From Spirochaetia bacterium (GTDB lineage Bacteria > Spirochaetota > Spirochaetia > CADAEX01): a DNA stretch of 64,000 bases. Every line of letters starts with the position of its first letter. Within the stretch, counting starts at the first letter, position 1. This document shows, piece after piece, positions 41,345 to 53,109 of the stretch. The notes beneath the pieces were generated by a model. That model was not told the origin of the DNA, searched no databases, and saw only the letters and a list, made by a program, of their open reading frames with translations. The position numbers and the translations under genes are program-made. The DNA lies in NCBI GenBank assembly GCA_963662795.1, contig OY759746.1, positions 2,432,001 to 2,496,000 of the forward strand, read 5' to 3'.

Positions 41345-42619
41345 CACAGCTGTCCAAAATAATCATAGCAATACTAACTGACCAGGAATTTCCCTTTGAA
41401 TTGAATCACGTTCAAAAGGTTCATTTAACCAAAGCCAAAGATCTTTCCTTGAAAATAGAACTGTCGGAAGCAGAGATGCTAAGCTGTATATTGTCCATCC
41501 TAATGTAGATAAAAATCTCATATAGCTCAGTAACAAGTGGGTAATGAGTGCAGATGCAATTTGGATCATTAGAGCATTTCTGGAAGTGCCCACAAAGCTT
41601 TTTATTTTCAGTTTTTGTTTCATTGCCTGAAAAAATATTTCAATCTGCCATCGATCTTTATAAATAGCACCAACGATATCAGGAGGCCATTCAAAATTAT
41701 TTGTCAAAATAACAATATATTTACCGGATTCCGAATCTTTTATCCTGATCCTTCGTAGTTTCAGAGAACACTTTTTAATTGAGTAAAAACCGGTAAAACT
41801 GATTATCTGATCAGATGCAACATCTTTAAAATCTTTCACTTTTTTTCTTTCAAGTATTCTATACTTTGCATTTTTCTTTAGTCTCGTGACAAAGTAAGTA
41901 CCTTTAGTACAAAGACTTGCAAAGAAGGAGTAATCATTGTAACCACGATCAAAGGTTACTACATCTCCTTTTTTGAAAGGTATTTCGGAAACTGCAGTTA
42001 GATCATTAGCCTTTGCATCAGAGAGAACAGCAAATACAGGAATATATCCTGTATGATCAAACTTCACATGTAATTTAATTCCACCTTTGGTCTTTCTAAA
42101 CTTTGCCCAGTTGAATACAGAAAGACATAAATCTATAGTTGTGGAATCAATACTGTAGAGTGGATTCTTGAACTTGAATTTATGCCTGGGTGCTGCGGGC
42201 AGTATTTTATTCAGGAGAAAATAGAAAATATCTCCGAACATTTTGGAGCTTCTGTTTTTATTAGCATAACTTAATGTTGATCTGCTAACATGCTGGATAC
42301 CAAGATGATAATGACTTTTTGCCTGAGAGTTTAATGCATTAGTAATACTCCGGAGATTATCCAACCCTGATAACTGGGCAAAAATCATTGCTACAAAATG
42401 GGTCCATGAAGAAAATCCCTTTGCTGATTTTTCTGCTTGATGACGATTTACAAAATTCTGAAATTCAAGTCTCGGTATTATTTGAAGAATTTGATTTAAT
42501 ATGGTAGATTTATAACTCACTGCCTGATCTCCTTTGTTTATAATGATTTAGCTGGCAAGGCTTGTTTCATTATAGACGGGATTTCAGGCAATTAATAGTA
42601 TTTGTTTTGGACAGCTATG
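41345..42619 (-). mobile_element. IS4-family element, transposase ORF 41363-42520 apparently intact
   Basis: 15-bp IRs CACAGCTGTCCAAAA / TTTTGGACAGCTATG; IDSTTI, KLH, FDRGY, YKDRWQIE motifs. Confidence 0.93.
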
Positions 42620-42651
42620 ATATGATATACTAAAAAACTAAGGAGTATTTA

Positions 42652-43575
<924 letters not shown>

Positions 43576-43641
43576 TTCGAATCCTTTATCCTACAATTAT
43601 TTTTCAGGTTTTCACACAATTTTTTCGGTTCATTTTTATTA

Positions 43642-44436
43642 TCATTCATTTACAGTAATTCTGCACTTCCCGTTTACCGAATGATGGTTAATAACTGCTT
43701 TTTCATTAGATTTATCAATTCTAAGTTTTTTGCTATAGGAATCATTGTTTATATAAAGCTTCCCATTTAATGATACCATATTAATATCATAATCATTTCG
43801 GGATCCAAAAAGTTGAAGTTCCGAACTGCCGTTTACTGTATTTATATCAGCATTGCAATAATCAAATGTATTCAAATAGATATCGCCATTTACAGTCTTG
43901 AGATCTATATCTGACTTAATAATTGTATTAATATCGATTTTGCCGTTAACAGTATCTGCGCTAACTGAATCAACGCATATATCCTTCATACTTATTATTC
44001 CGTTTACCGTTTTTAGTTTTAATTTTTGAAGAATTATATCATTTGGTATATAAACATTTACAGCAGTATTTCTAAAATTACGAATACCAAAATTCCACAT
44101 TTTGAATTTTGCTGATACTGATACTGAAATGTCCGGCCCGGCTAATGTTTCGTTATAGTAAAAATGTGGATTTTTTACATATTCAATTCTAATATTGTCA
44201 TCATCAGAAGTCTGGACGTCTATGTTTGAATTGATAAATTCCAGGGAAATAGAATTAATATTATCATTAATTATTATTTTCCTGTTTTCAGTTGTTTCTG
44301 TTTTGTTGAAATGAGTGATTTTATTCCAAAATGCTCTGATTCCATTATTGGCAACTATTGAATAACTTGTCATTGCGAAGCCAACTATGATAAATACAGC
44401 GGATATTATAATAATTGTAAAAGAACGCTTTTTCAT
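43642..44436 (-). CDS. DUF4097 beta-strand repeat protein
   Basis: N-terminal TM; repeated TVNG motifs. Confidence 0.8.
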   Translation of the reverse strand: MKKRSFTIIIISAVFIIVGFAMTSYSIVANNGIRAFWNKITHFNKTETTENRKIIINDNINSISLEFINSNIDVQTSDDDNIRIEYVKNPHFYYNETLAGPDISVSVSAKFKMWNFGIRNFRNTAVNVYIPNDIILQKLKLKTVNGIISMKDICVDSVSADTVNGKIDINTIIKSDIDLKTVNGDIYLNTFDYCNADINTVNGSSELQLFGSRNDYDINMVSLNGKLYINNDSYSKKLRIDKSNEKAVINHHSVNGKCRITVNE

Positions 44437-44437
44437 T

Positions 44438-45025
44438 TTATTTCTTTCCCCTTAGTCCTTCATTTATTTTTTTGATAAAGTTTGCAAGCAAGACAATGAT
44501 AAAGCTGCTTGCTCTCATTATTCCGTAGCCAGTTAGTATCAGCAATCCTGTTGCAATCAGGCATAGACCAAGTAAACCAATACCAGATACTGGATCAGTG
44601 ACTATCATTGTGATTGAAGTGCTGATTATCGAAAAAGCAACAATAAAAAATACAACGACAACAACTCCTATTGAAACTAGACTTGCGAAAATCGAAACAA
44701 TAATTGCGATAATAACTGCCAGTAAAACAATAGCAAGGGGCAATGCCGTTGGCAGTGCACAAAGGCTAAGCACAGCAATTAACAGCTTAACGGAATTTCT
44801 TAATGATGGTTTTTCCTTTGCTTTATTAATGCGATAGTCAGCTTGAATAATTGCTGCAACATCTTTTGGTGAGCCAAGGGATTTATATATTTCATCCCAG
44901 GACTTCCCTGAAGACTCTGCTTCAAAAACATACTCTTTGTAATAATTTATGGCTTCTTTTTTTTCTGCATTGTTCATGAAATGAAGCTTCTTTTCCAATT
45001 CATTAAAAAAATCATCTTGTGTCAT
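44438..45025 (-). CDS. DUF1700 / HAAS-domain membrane protein
   Basis: FFNELEKKL..EAINYY.EY..LGSPKDVA followed by TM helices. Confidence 0.85.
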   Translation of the reverse strand: MTQDDFFNELEKKLHFMNNAEKKEAINYYKEYVFEAESSGKSWDEIYKSLGSPKDVAAIIQADYRINKAKEKPSLRNSVKLLIAVLSLCALPTALPLAIVLLAVIIAIIVSIFASLVSIGVVVVVFFIVAFSIISTSITMIVTDPVSGIGLLGLCLIATGLLILTGYGIMRASSFIIVLLANFIKKINEGLRGKK

Positions 45026-45335
45026 TTGAGTTTCCTCCCACAATATAATCAATAGTTTTTTTTAATTCTTTTAATTCCTTTTTTGATTCATTCAGTTTTA
45101 AAATGCCCTCAGGAGTTATTGAGTAGTATTTTCTCAACCTTCCTCCATACTCACGAGAGTAGGTTTTTAAGTAACCAAGATTTTCAAGCCGCCTTAATAC
45201 CGGATAAAGTGATGACTCAGAAATATCCATTAAACTAAGAATATCCTGTGTAATCTTATATCCGTATGTATCTTCATTTAAAGCAGCGGTCAAAACACAA
45301 GAATTTAATAAACCCTTTTTCAATTGTATGTCCAT
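45012..45335 (-). CDS. PadR family regulator
   Basis: QLKKGLL, TYGY, ESSLYPVLRRLE, GRLRKYYSIT. Confidence 0.93.
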   Translation of the reverse strand: MDIQLKKGLLNSCVLTAALNEDTYGYKITQDILSLMDISESSLYPVLRRLENLGYLKTYSREYGGRLRKYYSITPEGILKLNESKKELKELKKTIDYIVGGNSNDTR

Positions 45336-45350
45336 TATAATGTCCTATTT

Positions 45351-45385
45351 ATAATACTATACGATATACAGTATTATATGTCAAG
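45351..45385 (-). promoter_or_regulatory. TTGACA-N17-TATAGT promoter overlapped by inverted repeat ATAATACT-N11-AGTATTAT (probable PadR operator)
   Basis: Direct sequence match upstream of padR. Confidence 0.75.
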
Positions 45386-45488
45386 TAGTATTTTAATTAC
45401 CATTAAAATGATTTATTGAGAAATATTATATTGTGTTTGGGATACTAAGGGGAAAGAATAAATAATTATATGTATTCATCATTAAATA

Positions 45489-46256
45489 TTATTGCCTATT
45501 GGCTTTATACAATTGCTCGATAAGTGGAATCAATTCAGGCAAGCTTGATATTGTGTGAGTTTGAATTTTCGGTTTTACCATCCTGTGACTTTGATTAGCT
45601 GCGAAATCCAAAGCATTAACATCAGTTCCACGGACTTTTCTTTGTATCAATACTGAATGCATATCTGCAGCCTTGGCCGCGGTTATGTCATCACTTGTAT
45701 CACCAATATATATCACTTCACTTGCTCGAATATTGGTATCTTTTAAAGCCTTGTCAAATATTTTCGGATCCGGTTTTTTTACACCAACTTCTGCCGATAC
45801 CACAATTGTATCTAAAAAATTATCAAGTTGATACTCAGATAAGCATTTTCGAACATGTCTGGGATGATCAAAATTACTTACAAGTCCGATAAAATAATTA
45901 CGGCTTAGATTTTCAAGAACCGGAATTGTATCAGGATCAAGTTCAATAAAATCTTGCCAACTGGTAACTATAATGTCGGCAATTTCTTTTATATCTCTCT
46001 TTGAAGCTAATAATCTGTAATTATGAACTAATTCATTAATTCGATTTTCCAGCAATGTCATTCCACTGTCAGGATTTTCAGGCTCCTCTCTTCCGAAGAA
46101 CTGGTCACATGCGCCTGAAAAATCTTCTATGGTAATTGAGAGCCCAAGATCTCGCATGCATTTGTAAAAAGTGCTCAACCAAACATTCCAGGCTTGTTTC
46201 ATGTCACCATATAGAAAAAGCGTTCCGTATAAGTCAAAAAATATGCCTCTAATCAT
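45489..46256 (-). CDS. HAD-family hydrolase
   Basis: FDLYGTL, VSN, KPDPKIF, IGD...DI. Confidence 0.9.
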   Translation of the reverse strand: MIRGIFFDLYGTLFLYGDMKQAWNVWLSTFYKCMRDLGLSITIEDFSGACDQFFGREEPENPDSGMTLLENRINELVHNYRLLASKRDIKEIADIIVTSWQDFIELDPDTIPVLENLSRNYFIGLVSNFDHPRHVRKCLSEYQLDNFLDTIVVSAEVGVKKPDPKIFDKALKDTNIRASEVIYIGDTSDDITAAKAADMHSVLIQRKVRGTDVNALDFAANQSHRMVKPKIQTHTISSLPELIPLIEQLYKANRQ

Positions 46257-46281
46257 TTCTTCCTCAACATTTTTTAGATTA

Positions 46282-46413
46282 TCATTACCTGGCCATGGCG
46301 ACTAGTCTTACATAGTCAATTATAAAAAATAGTGTCACGTTTTACGAATATGTAATGTTGGTCGATTGACAATTTAGATGTCGCAGAACGGGACCTCATA
46401 TCCGCTGTTATTG
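46282..46413 (-). repeat. Degenerate attC-like site between two minus-strand genes
   Basis: Minus strand CAATAAC-AGCGGATATG 11 nt after the upstream stop; GCGAC/GTCGC inner pairing; GTAATGA core just before the next RBS. Confidence 0.45.
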
Positions 46414-46424
46414 TGTTGTTCCAA

Positions 46425-46838
46425 TTATTCTTTGCGCTTCATAATTGCGCTCCAGGAATTGATTAATTCATCTCCATTATATAGAGCTCCATAAGCTTTA
46501 CATATATTGTTTTCACGAATTATTATTTCAAATCCATTCATGTCGCTATTTGCAATTTGAAATTTTGAAAAAATTGTATTTCTGTCTAATGTGAATATCC
46601 CTTTTAGCGTACCTAAACCTGGATTCTCAGATATAAATGAATATTTAGTCTCTGTAATTTTTGTTATTGAATAGAAATTTTCAATTTTTAAATCATTAAG
46701 CATCGCCCAGCTTTTATTTATTATTTTATTTTCATCAATAGTAATTCTTGTTTCTCCTGTTGCTTTCAATATATTTCCATCAGGAGTGACAAACTCAGAA
46801 AAAGATATCCATATAGCGTTTTCTGCTAAAAGATGCAT
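46425..46838 (-). CDS. Hypothetical protein
   Basis: AAGGAGG RBS; 137-aa ORF. Confidence 0.7.
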   Translation of the reverse strand: MHLLAENAIWISFSEFVTPDGNILKATGETRITIDENKIINKSWAMLNDLKIENFYSITKITETKYSFISENPGLGTLKGIFTLDRNTIFSKFQIANSDMNGFEIIIRENNICKAYGALYNGDELINSWSAIMKRKE

Positions 46839-46990
46839 GATTATTTCCTCCTTGTCATTATGGCATTAGTTATTTTATATCCATGCTACGAATGAGGGAA
46901 GATTAATATTTTGATAAAATTGACGATATACTTGGAGTTGGGCAATGGAAATCTTTCCTGCTTATTAGTAGAAAATAATGGTAAAACAAA

Positions 46991-47605
46991 TTAATCATCA
47001 CTTAATGCTAATTTAGCAGCTAGTCCAATAAATAACAGTCCAAATGACTGCTGAATTCTATTCGCAATTACTGCTGAATTGAGGATTAATTGCTTGAAGT
47101 AATTTGCAAGAAGTCCATAAAGTATAAATATAATGAGTGTCATAATCATGAAGAATGCTCCTAGTAATATTATCTGAGGAAGATAGCTTTTATATATACT
47201 GTCAATAAACTGAGGTAGAAAAGAAAAGAAAAAAAGAGATAATTTTGGGTTTAATAAATTAATTAAAATCCCCTTTAAAAAGATTTTTACTTTATTATTT
47301 TCTTTGATTCCTTCAGTAATCTGAATATTACTTTTATTTCTGATCATGCCTATACCAAGATAGAAAAGGTAAGCGACACCTATTATTTTGATTATTTTAA
47401 AAAGTATTGAGCTCGCATAAAATATTGCAGATAAGCCGATCATACTTGTAATTAAGTGAGGGATTATTCCTGCAGTACAACCAAATGCTGCAGTAATACT
47501 ATCTCTTTTATTTCCTGAGATAGCAATTGAAACAGTATAAATAACGCCAGTCCCTGGCGTTAAAATTACAATTAAGCTTGTTAATATGAATCCATAGCTT
47601 ATCAT
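46991..47605 (-). CDS. LysE/RhtB family translocator
   Basis: TPGTGV, GVAYL.YLG, GILINLLNPK, FLPQFI. Confidence 0.9.
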   Translation of the reverse strand: MISYGFILTSLIVILTPGTGVIYTVSIAISGNKRDSITAAFGCTAGIIPHLITSMIGLSAIFYASSILFKIIKIIGVAYLFYLGIGMIRNKSNIQITEGIKENNKVKIFLKGILINLLNPKLSLFFFSFLPQFIDSIYKSYLPQIILLGAFFMIMTLIIFILYGLLANYFKQLILNSAVIANRIQQSFGLLFIGLAAKLALSDD

Positions 47606-47950
47606 ATAACCCTCATTGAATAAAATTATTACTTATTCTACACCCGCGCGGAGAAAATGGAAAGGAAATATTATTTCAGGCTATGGAGAAGGGGATGTCA
47701 GGAAATTGTTCTATTTGTACAATTCATCTATTTTCACTTATATCCTGTTGTTTGTCATTTCTATAATTTTTGGAAAATGTTTCTATACAAATTCCTTTTT
47801 TCTTTATCTTATTTTGTAACATTTCATCTCTAGCATCATCTAATATTTCTACTAACACTAGAATTGTAGTTTCCATGTTTCAACTTTTATTAAATATTCT
47901 GTTTCAAGATTATTGACTAATAATCAAGACTTGTAATAATATGAGCTTAA

Positions 47951-48048
47951 TTTTTAAGGGGAGTTCGGAACATTGCCGGGCTGAGAGGAAGGCACAAAGG
48001 GCCTTCGACCCATTGAACCTGATCTGGGTAATGCCAGCGAAGGGAAGG
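47951..48048 (+). ncRNA. TPP riboswitch
   Basis: AGGGGAG...GCTGAGAG...GACCC.TTGAACCTGATCTGGGTAATGCCAGCGAAGGGA. Confidence 0.95.
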
Positions 48049-48150
48049 GTTTTCGCATTCAATGCGGAATTTCAGTGAAACTGCTTGCAACATGCGGTTG
48101 TTTGAATTCAGGTACATGTCTATCTCCCCCTAATTCAAGGGGGTACACAT

Positions 48151-48738
48151 TTGAAGTGTGGAAGTCAATTTTCATTATATCCTATGACAGCAAGATTTAC
48201 GGATGTCATTATGCCGGCAGTAAATCAGCTGAAGGCTGGCAAGGGAACAGGATTAACAGTACAGACCGATGATCTCAGTACCTTGGTACATGGCGGAGTA
48301 ACAGATGTTTTTACGGCGTTACGGGACTCCTTTGCAGCAGCCGCTGAGGAGGGGGAACATGTGGCGGCAAGCATACTTTTCAGCCGGGGATGCCCCGGTG
48401 AGACAGAATGTTGTTCTGCCGGTGACAAGTTGGATGATGCGTTTCCGGCTTTAGTTCTTCCCGATGGTAATGTTTCCGACAGAGAGATTTCTGCCCAGTT
48501 TTCTCTCTATCCATTGGGGACTCCAGACTATATGGACTGTATCTACGATGTTGTGGACATCACCAAACGAAAGGAAACATTTACCTGTTCTAAAAACTTT
48601 TGCACCCGCATAGACGGTACAGTTGCAGATGTTTTTCAGTCAATCTATGAAAGTTTTATAACTACTCAGATTTCGCATGTAGTAATTCATGTAACACTTT
48701 CAGCGAATAGTCCCAGTAAAAAAGGAGAAATACTGTAA
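48151..48738 (+). CDS. ykoF: YkoF thiamine/HMP-binding protein
   Basis: Two QFSLYP repeats, SRGCPGE, SANSPS; TPP-regulated. Confidence 0.85.
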   Translation: MKCGSQFSLYPMTARFTDVIMPAVNQLKAGKGTGLTVQTDDLSTLVHGGVTDVFTALRDSFAAAAEEGEHVAASILFSRGCPGETECCSAGDKLDDAFPALVLPDGNVSDREISAQFSLYPLGTPDYMDCIYDVVDITKRKETFTCSKNFCTRIDGTVADVFQSIYESFITTQISHVVIHVTLSANSPSKKGEIL

Positions 48739-49319
48739 TGAAAACTAATCAAAAATCACTTTCCTGGTCAACCAGAGATACTGTTGTAGTGGCTATATCC
48801 TCTGTTGTTTTCGGTGTATGTTATCTTGCCTGGGTTCAGATTTGGCTACTTGCCCAGGGCCTTATCGGTCCACTGGCAATGGATATCGTATTTGGATTCT
48901 GGTTTGCGGGATCAACCTTCACTGCTTATGTAGTTCGTAAACCCTGGGTTGCGTTTGCTACTGCAATTCTTGCTGTAGTCGCTGAGATCTTCTCAGGTAA
49001 CGCGGCAGGGGCAATTCTTCTTTTAACAGGTTTTATTCAGGGACTCGGCTCAGAGATGCCTTTTCTGTCTACACGCTGGAGACGTTATGGATGGCCTGTT
49101 CTACTTTTTTCTGGTGTCAGTGCAGCGTTGTTCAGTTTTGTTTATAACTGGGTGCGCTTTGATTATGAGAGTCTAAAGCCTGGGCTGCTTATAACCATGT
49201 TCAGTATCCGGATTTTAAGTGGCATGATACTGGGAGCAGTACTGCCGAAGATCGTTGCTGATCGATTGCTTAAAACTGGGGTATTAGATGGTTTGGCCAT
49301 CGAAACCGATGGTAAATAA
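48738..49319 (+). CDS. ykoE: YkoE-type thiamine ECF S-component
   Basis: WSTRD, G.WF, RKP, QGLGSE; hydrophobic. Confidence 0.85.
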   Translation: MKTNQKSLSWSTRDTVVVAISSVVFGVCYLAWVQIWLLAQGLIGPLAMDIVFGFWFAGSTFTAYVVRKPWVAFATAILAVVAEIFSGNAAGAILLLTGFIQGLGSEMPFLSTRWRRYGWPVLLFSGVSAALFSFVYNWVRFDYESLKPGLLITMFSIRILSGMILGAVLPKIVADRLLKTGVLDGLAIETDGK

Positions 49320-51591
49320 ATACGGAGATTCAGGAATATATAATTTGCCGGAGATCATCCCCGATGACATTGTCGAAGAAGTATTCCCTGCAGTCTCTGC
49401 GCGGGCGCTTTCAATAGGATATCCACGTTCCGTTTCTTGCGCTGTCAATGCCGCAGATTTTAGTATTCCGCGCGGAGGAGTCTGCTGGTTACTCGGACAC
49501 AATGGTTCCGGCAAGAGTTCTCTGGGACTTGCCTTAGCAGGCATGCTTCCGGGGATTGTTCCCGGCATCCGGAAGGGGTATTTGCGGGTTCATGGCCGTG
49601 ATCCGGCCATGCTGACGCCCCTCGAACGTATTGAACTAAGCGGATTTATTCTTCAGGATCCTTCATCACAACTTTGTACTCTGACTGTAGAAAGTGAGAT
49701 TGCTCTGCTTTTAGAAAATAAAAATGAATGTCGAGAGGAAATATCACGACGTACTTCTCTGATTTTGGATCAGTTTGGTATTTCGCACCTTGCGAATCGG
49801 GATATTCTAACCCTGAGTGGTGGCGAAAAACAACTTGTTGCCCTGGCTTCTACTGCACTTGCACCTCCTCAAGTACTAGTCCTCGACGAACCCTGCGCTT
49901 ATCTTGACGACAGAAATCGGAAGTTAGTTCTCCAGATAGTGTCTCGCATGAAGAATGAGATTCCCGGCATGACTTTGATTATAATTGAGCACCGAACCGA
50001 TGGACTGCCTGCTTCTGATTGCATCCTGTTGTTAAATAGTGAAGGGAAAGTAACCTCCGTAAATGAATCCGTGGAATGGGATAGGGATTTCCCCACCATA
50101 TCCGGCAGAAAAACAGATGGAAATCCAGTTGTGCTTCGGATAACTGATCTCCATTTCCGTTATTCCGGGAAGCCTTATTTGCCGTTGCTCCTGAATGGAC
50201 TTAACCTGACTGTTCACCGCGGGGAGATTACGGTATTAAAAGGGATAAACGGTAGCGGTAAATCAACACTATTGCACCTGATAGCAGGCGCACTTTGTGA
50301 GCGGGTTAAGTCTGGTCTCAAAGCAGAATCAGGCACAATAGAGTTTATTCCTTCAGCAGATCAGGATATCCATGAGACGCCAATTATGCTTGTCCCTCAG
50401 AATCCGGAACACCTATTTATAAGCAGTTCAGTTCAAGCTGAACTCTTTACAGCCTGCAAGGGAAATGAAGAGACAATATGTGAGGTTATGAAACGGTTTG
50501 ATCTTATGGAACTTAATGACAGAAATCCCTATACGCTGTCCACCGGGCAGAAGCGGCGGCTTAATTTGGCGGTGGCTTCTGTGATTCCAGCACAGATAGT
50601 TCTCATGGATGAGCCTACCTTCGGCCTGGATAGCCCGGGGGTATGCGAACTTATCCGGTTAATGGAACAGTTACGAGACCAAGGGAAAACCTTGTTGGTA
50701 GCAACTCACGATGACAGTTTTTCCCGTGCGGTAGCCGATACTATCTTAATACTTGATCGGGGGGTTCTCAGAAATAAAGAAGATAGTGTTGAAATGGATG
50801 AATCGGGGTCAAAGGGATTGGAAACCGGTACAGGAAAAAAAGGTATCACGGCATGCCGGAGCCCGTTTTCCCGGTTGAACCCCCTGGCTCGGGGAGCAGG
50901 AGTCATGATTTTTATTCTTGGAGTGAGTTTTAGCGGATCTCTTCAAATTACGCTGAGCTGGCTTGTTCCGGGGCTTCTATCGGCGCTTTGCTTTACATCT
51001 CTGCATCCTTCGGTATTACTACGCAAAATGTTCCCATTCGCTTTGATCGGGGCCGGATTTTTATGGGCAAACTTGCTTTTTCATCGTAACGGCGGTTTTG
51101 CTGACGGTTTTACCATCGGATTATTACTTTTTTTTCGCTCCCTGGTGTTCGGTGTCTTTTCTCTGCTTTTTGTTCAGGACATGGATCCTGAGGAGTTTGC
51201 GCACTCCCTGCTGCACTATCTCAAAGTCCCTCCTAAATTAGTTTACTCAACACTGATCGCCTTTCGGCTCGGACCGGAATTGAAATCCGAACTGAGTACT
51301 ATTCGTTTTGCTGTGGACCTGAGGGAGATCAATGTTAACAAGCGAAGGATATTAAACAAAATAGGCCGTACTTTTCATATATTTTTCGCAGTGTTTGTCT
51401 CAGCTTTTCGCAGGGCTGGTAGGATCGCAGTTGCCCTTGAAGGTCGGGGGCTCGACAACGGACCTCGCAGTATGCGCTCTGTTCCGGCATTCTCATGGAT
51501 GGACATTATGTTTCTGGTAGTTTGTATTCTGCTGTTTACGGCACCTCTGATTGTGCTGGGTACAAATATCTGGCAGGGTGGGTATTTTTAA
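49309..51591 (+). CDS. Fused ECF double ATPase plus T-component (YkoD-YkoC fusion)
   Basis: Two Walker A sites (GHNGSGKS, GINGSGKST), LSGGEKQ and LSTGQKRR, two DEP; C-terminal TMs with ALEGRG. Confidence 0.85.
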   Translation: MVNKYGDSGIYNLPEIIPDDIVEEVFPAVSARALSIGYPRSVSCAVNAADFSIPRGGVCWLLGHNGSGKSSLGLALAGMLPGIVPGIRKGYLRVHGRDPAMLTPLERIELSGFILQDPSSQLCTLTVESEIALLLENKNECREEISRRTSLILDQFGISHLANRDILTLSGGEKQLVALASTALAPPQVLVLDEPCAYLDDRNRKLVLQIVSRMKNEIPGMTLIIIEHRTDGLPASDCILLLNSEGKVTSVNESVEWDRDFPTISGRKTDGNPVVLRITDLHFRYSGKPYLPLLLNGLNLTVHRGEITVLKGINGSGKSTLLHLIAGALCERVKSGLKAESGTIEFIPSADQDIHETPIMLVPQNPEHLFISSSVQAELFTACKGNEETICEVMKRFDLMELNDRNPYTLSTGQKRRLNLAVASVIPAQIVLMDEPTFGLDSPGVCELIRLMEQLRDQGKTLLVATHDDSFSRAVADTILILDRGVLRNKEDSVEMDESGSKGLETGTGKKGITACRSPFSRLNPLARGAGVMIFILGVSFSGSLQITLSWLVPGLLSALCFTSLHPSVLLRKMFPFALIGAGFLWANLLFHRNGGFADGFTIGLLLFFRSLVFGVFSLLFVQDMDPEEFAHSLLHYLKVPPKLVYSTLIAFRLGPELKSELSTIRFAVDLREINVNKRRILNKIGRTFHIFFAVFVSAFRRAGRIAVALEGRGLDNGPRSMRSVPAFSWMDIMFLVVCILLFTAPLIVLGTNIWQGGYF

Positions 51592-51777
51592 ACATTTTTT
51601 TAAAATAAATTCGTGGTGCCTGAATTATTCAGTCATTTTCTTTAACCCGGAAAATGAGATTCTGACTCATCTTTTGGAAAATGATTTTCTTCAAGGGGAT
51701 CTAAGAAGTAAGAAGAAGATTTTCTCTGGAGGGGAGGGAGGACCCAAGGCTGAATTTCTTCTGTTTATTACCTCGTT

Positions 51778-52224
51778 TTAAGTATCTATCCTTTCTAATT
51801 CCTCTAAAGAAATTACTTTATCTCTATACACTAAATCTCTTCTTTCTTTAAAACCCAATTTGTCCCAAAAATTATTTCCATTATCATTATTCCTGAATAC
51901 TACAAAAGCTATCTTATTTATTCCTTCTTCTCTAAGTGCATTAATAGATCTATCGACTAAGGCTTTTCCAATTCCATTATATCTTTTTTCCTGCTTTACT
52001 GCTGTATGATGAATATACCCCCTTCTTCCATCATGGCCACTTAAAATAACACCTACAATTTCCCCATTTTCTTTTGCTGTGAAACAAGTCGTAGGATTTC
52101 GCCTTAAATATTTATCAATTCCTGCTTTTGAATCATCAAGTGCGTTCAACCCCATCCCAGGAGTATTTATCCATAAATTATATACATTTTCGTAATCTGC
52201 TATTGTCATTTCTACAATTTCCAT
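51778..52224 (-). CDS. GNAT acetyltransferase
   Basis: GHDGRRGYIHHTAV, R..GIG..L, N..GNNFW..LGF. Confidence 0.9.
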   Translation of the reverse strand: MEIVEMTIADYENVYNLWINTPGMGLNALDDSKAGIDKYLRRNPTTCFTAKENGEIVGVILSGHDGRRGYIHHTAVKQEKRYNGIGKALVDRSINALREEGINKIAFVVFRNNDNGNNFWDKLGFKERRDLVYRDKVISLEELERIDT

Positions 52225-52474
52225 TTTTATATTTTCCTTCTTCTCTACTATTACCTATACAGTCATGGCTATTTGATCTCTCTAATTCTTTTATTTTTTA
52301 TATTATTGCATATCCTCTCCCATTAATCGGAGCCCAGGCGCTTATTTTTGAAGCGAAAACAGTCTGTAAAACTTCTTAATCTTATAATCCTACATCAGGA
52401 TGGGGGATAAGGAAAGGAGAATTCTTAATGCCATGTGAGAATTGGAAATGAAGTATAGTTAAGTAATTTTTTCA

Positions 52475-52503
52475 TTGACAAATTACCGATAAAAATTAAT
52501 AAT
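52475..52503 (+). promoter_or_regulatory. sigma70-like promoter TTGACA-N17-AATAAT
   Basis: Consensus match upstream of the leader ORF. Confidence 0.65.
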
Positions 52504-52533
52504 AAACTATTCTAAATTTTCAGGAGGTCGTTA

Positions 52534-52581
52534 ATGTCTATTTTTGTAATTAAGGATGCTCCTGTTTTTGTCAGAATGTAA
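52534..52581 (+). CDS. Leader peptide MSIFVIKDAPVFVRM (ErmCL-like SIFVI)
   Basis: AGGAGGT RBS; 15 codons; overlaps attenuator segment 1. Confidence 0.75.
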   Translation: MSIFVIKDAPVFVRM

Positions 52582-52673
52582 AAAAATCCTATTATTTTTT
52601 GGTAATTTTTATTTTCTTAACATTACAGGACATCCAATCTCTTTTCCATTACGTCCGTAAGTTTTACGGTTTT
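52554..52673 (+). promoter_or_regulatory. Attenuator with mutually exclusive 1:2, 2:3 and 3:4 helices
   Basis: GGATGCTCCTGT/ACAGGACATCC; TTACAGGAC/GTCCGTAA; CCGTAA-GTT-TTACGG followed by TTTT. Confidence 0.7.
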
Positions 52674-52692
52674 ATCAACTCGGGAGAAGAGT

Positions 52693-53082
52693 ATGCACAA
52701 AAAATATATAAATACTATAAATACAAATGAAAATAATGCATTTATCTGCGAACATTGTGGAAGTGTTGTAACTGCTACCTTAAACGGGACATCAAACCGT
52801 AATCATTGTCCTCATTGCCTAAGAAGCTGTCATGCAGATATTTGCATTGGAGACCGCCGCTCATGGTGTAGAGGTATTATGGATCCAATTGGTATTTGGG
52901 TAAAATCAAATAATGAATGGGCATTAATTCATCGTTGCAGGAAGTGTGGAATTTTACGTACAAACAGAATCGCAGGTGATGATAATGAAGAATTACTTTT
53001 TGCACTAGCCGCGGTTCCTTTAACATCAATGCCATTTCCAGCTAATCATATTTTAGGAGAAAAAATTAATGCAAAAAAATAA
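52693..53082 (+). CDS. RNHCP domain protein
   Basis: FICEHCG...RNHCPHCL.S.H.D...GDR...C.G.M.PI, HRCRKCG, NRIAGDDN. Confidence 0.93.
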   Translation: MHKKYINTINTNENNAFICEHCGSVVTATLNGTSNRNHCPHCLRSCHADICIGDRRSWCRGIMDPIGIWVKSNNEWALIHRCRKCGILRTNRIAGDDNEELLFALAAVPLTSMPFPANHILGEKINAKK

Positions 53083-53109
53083 AAATATTTTAAATTGATT
53101 TTTATATTT

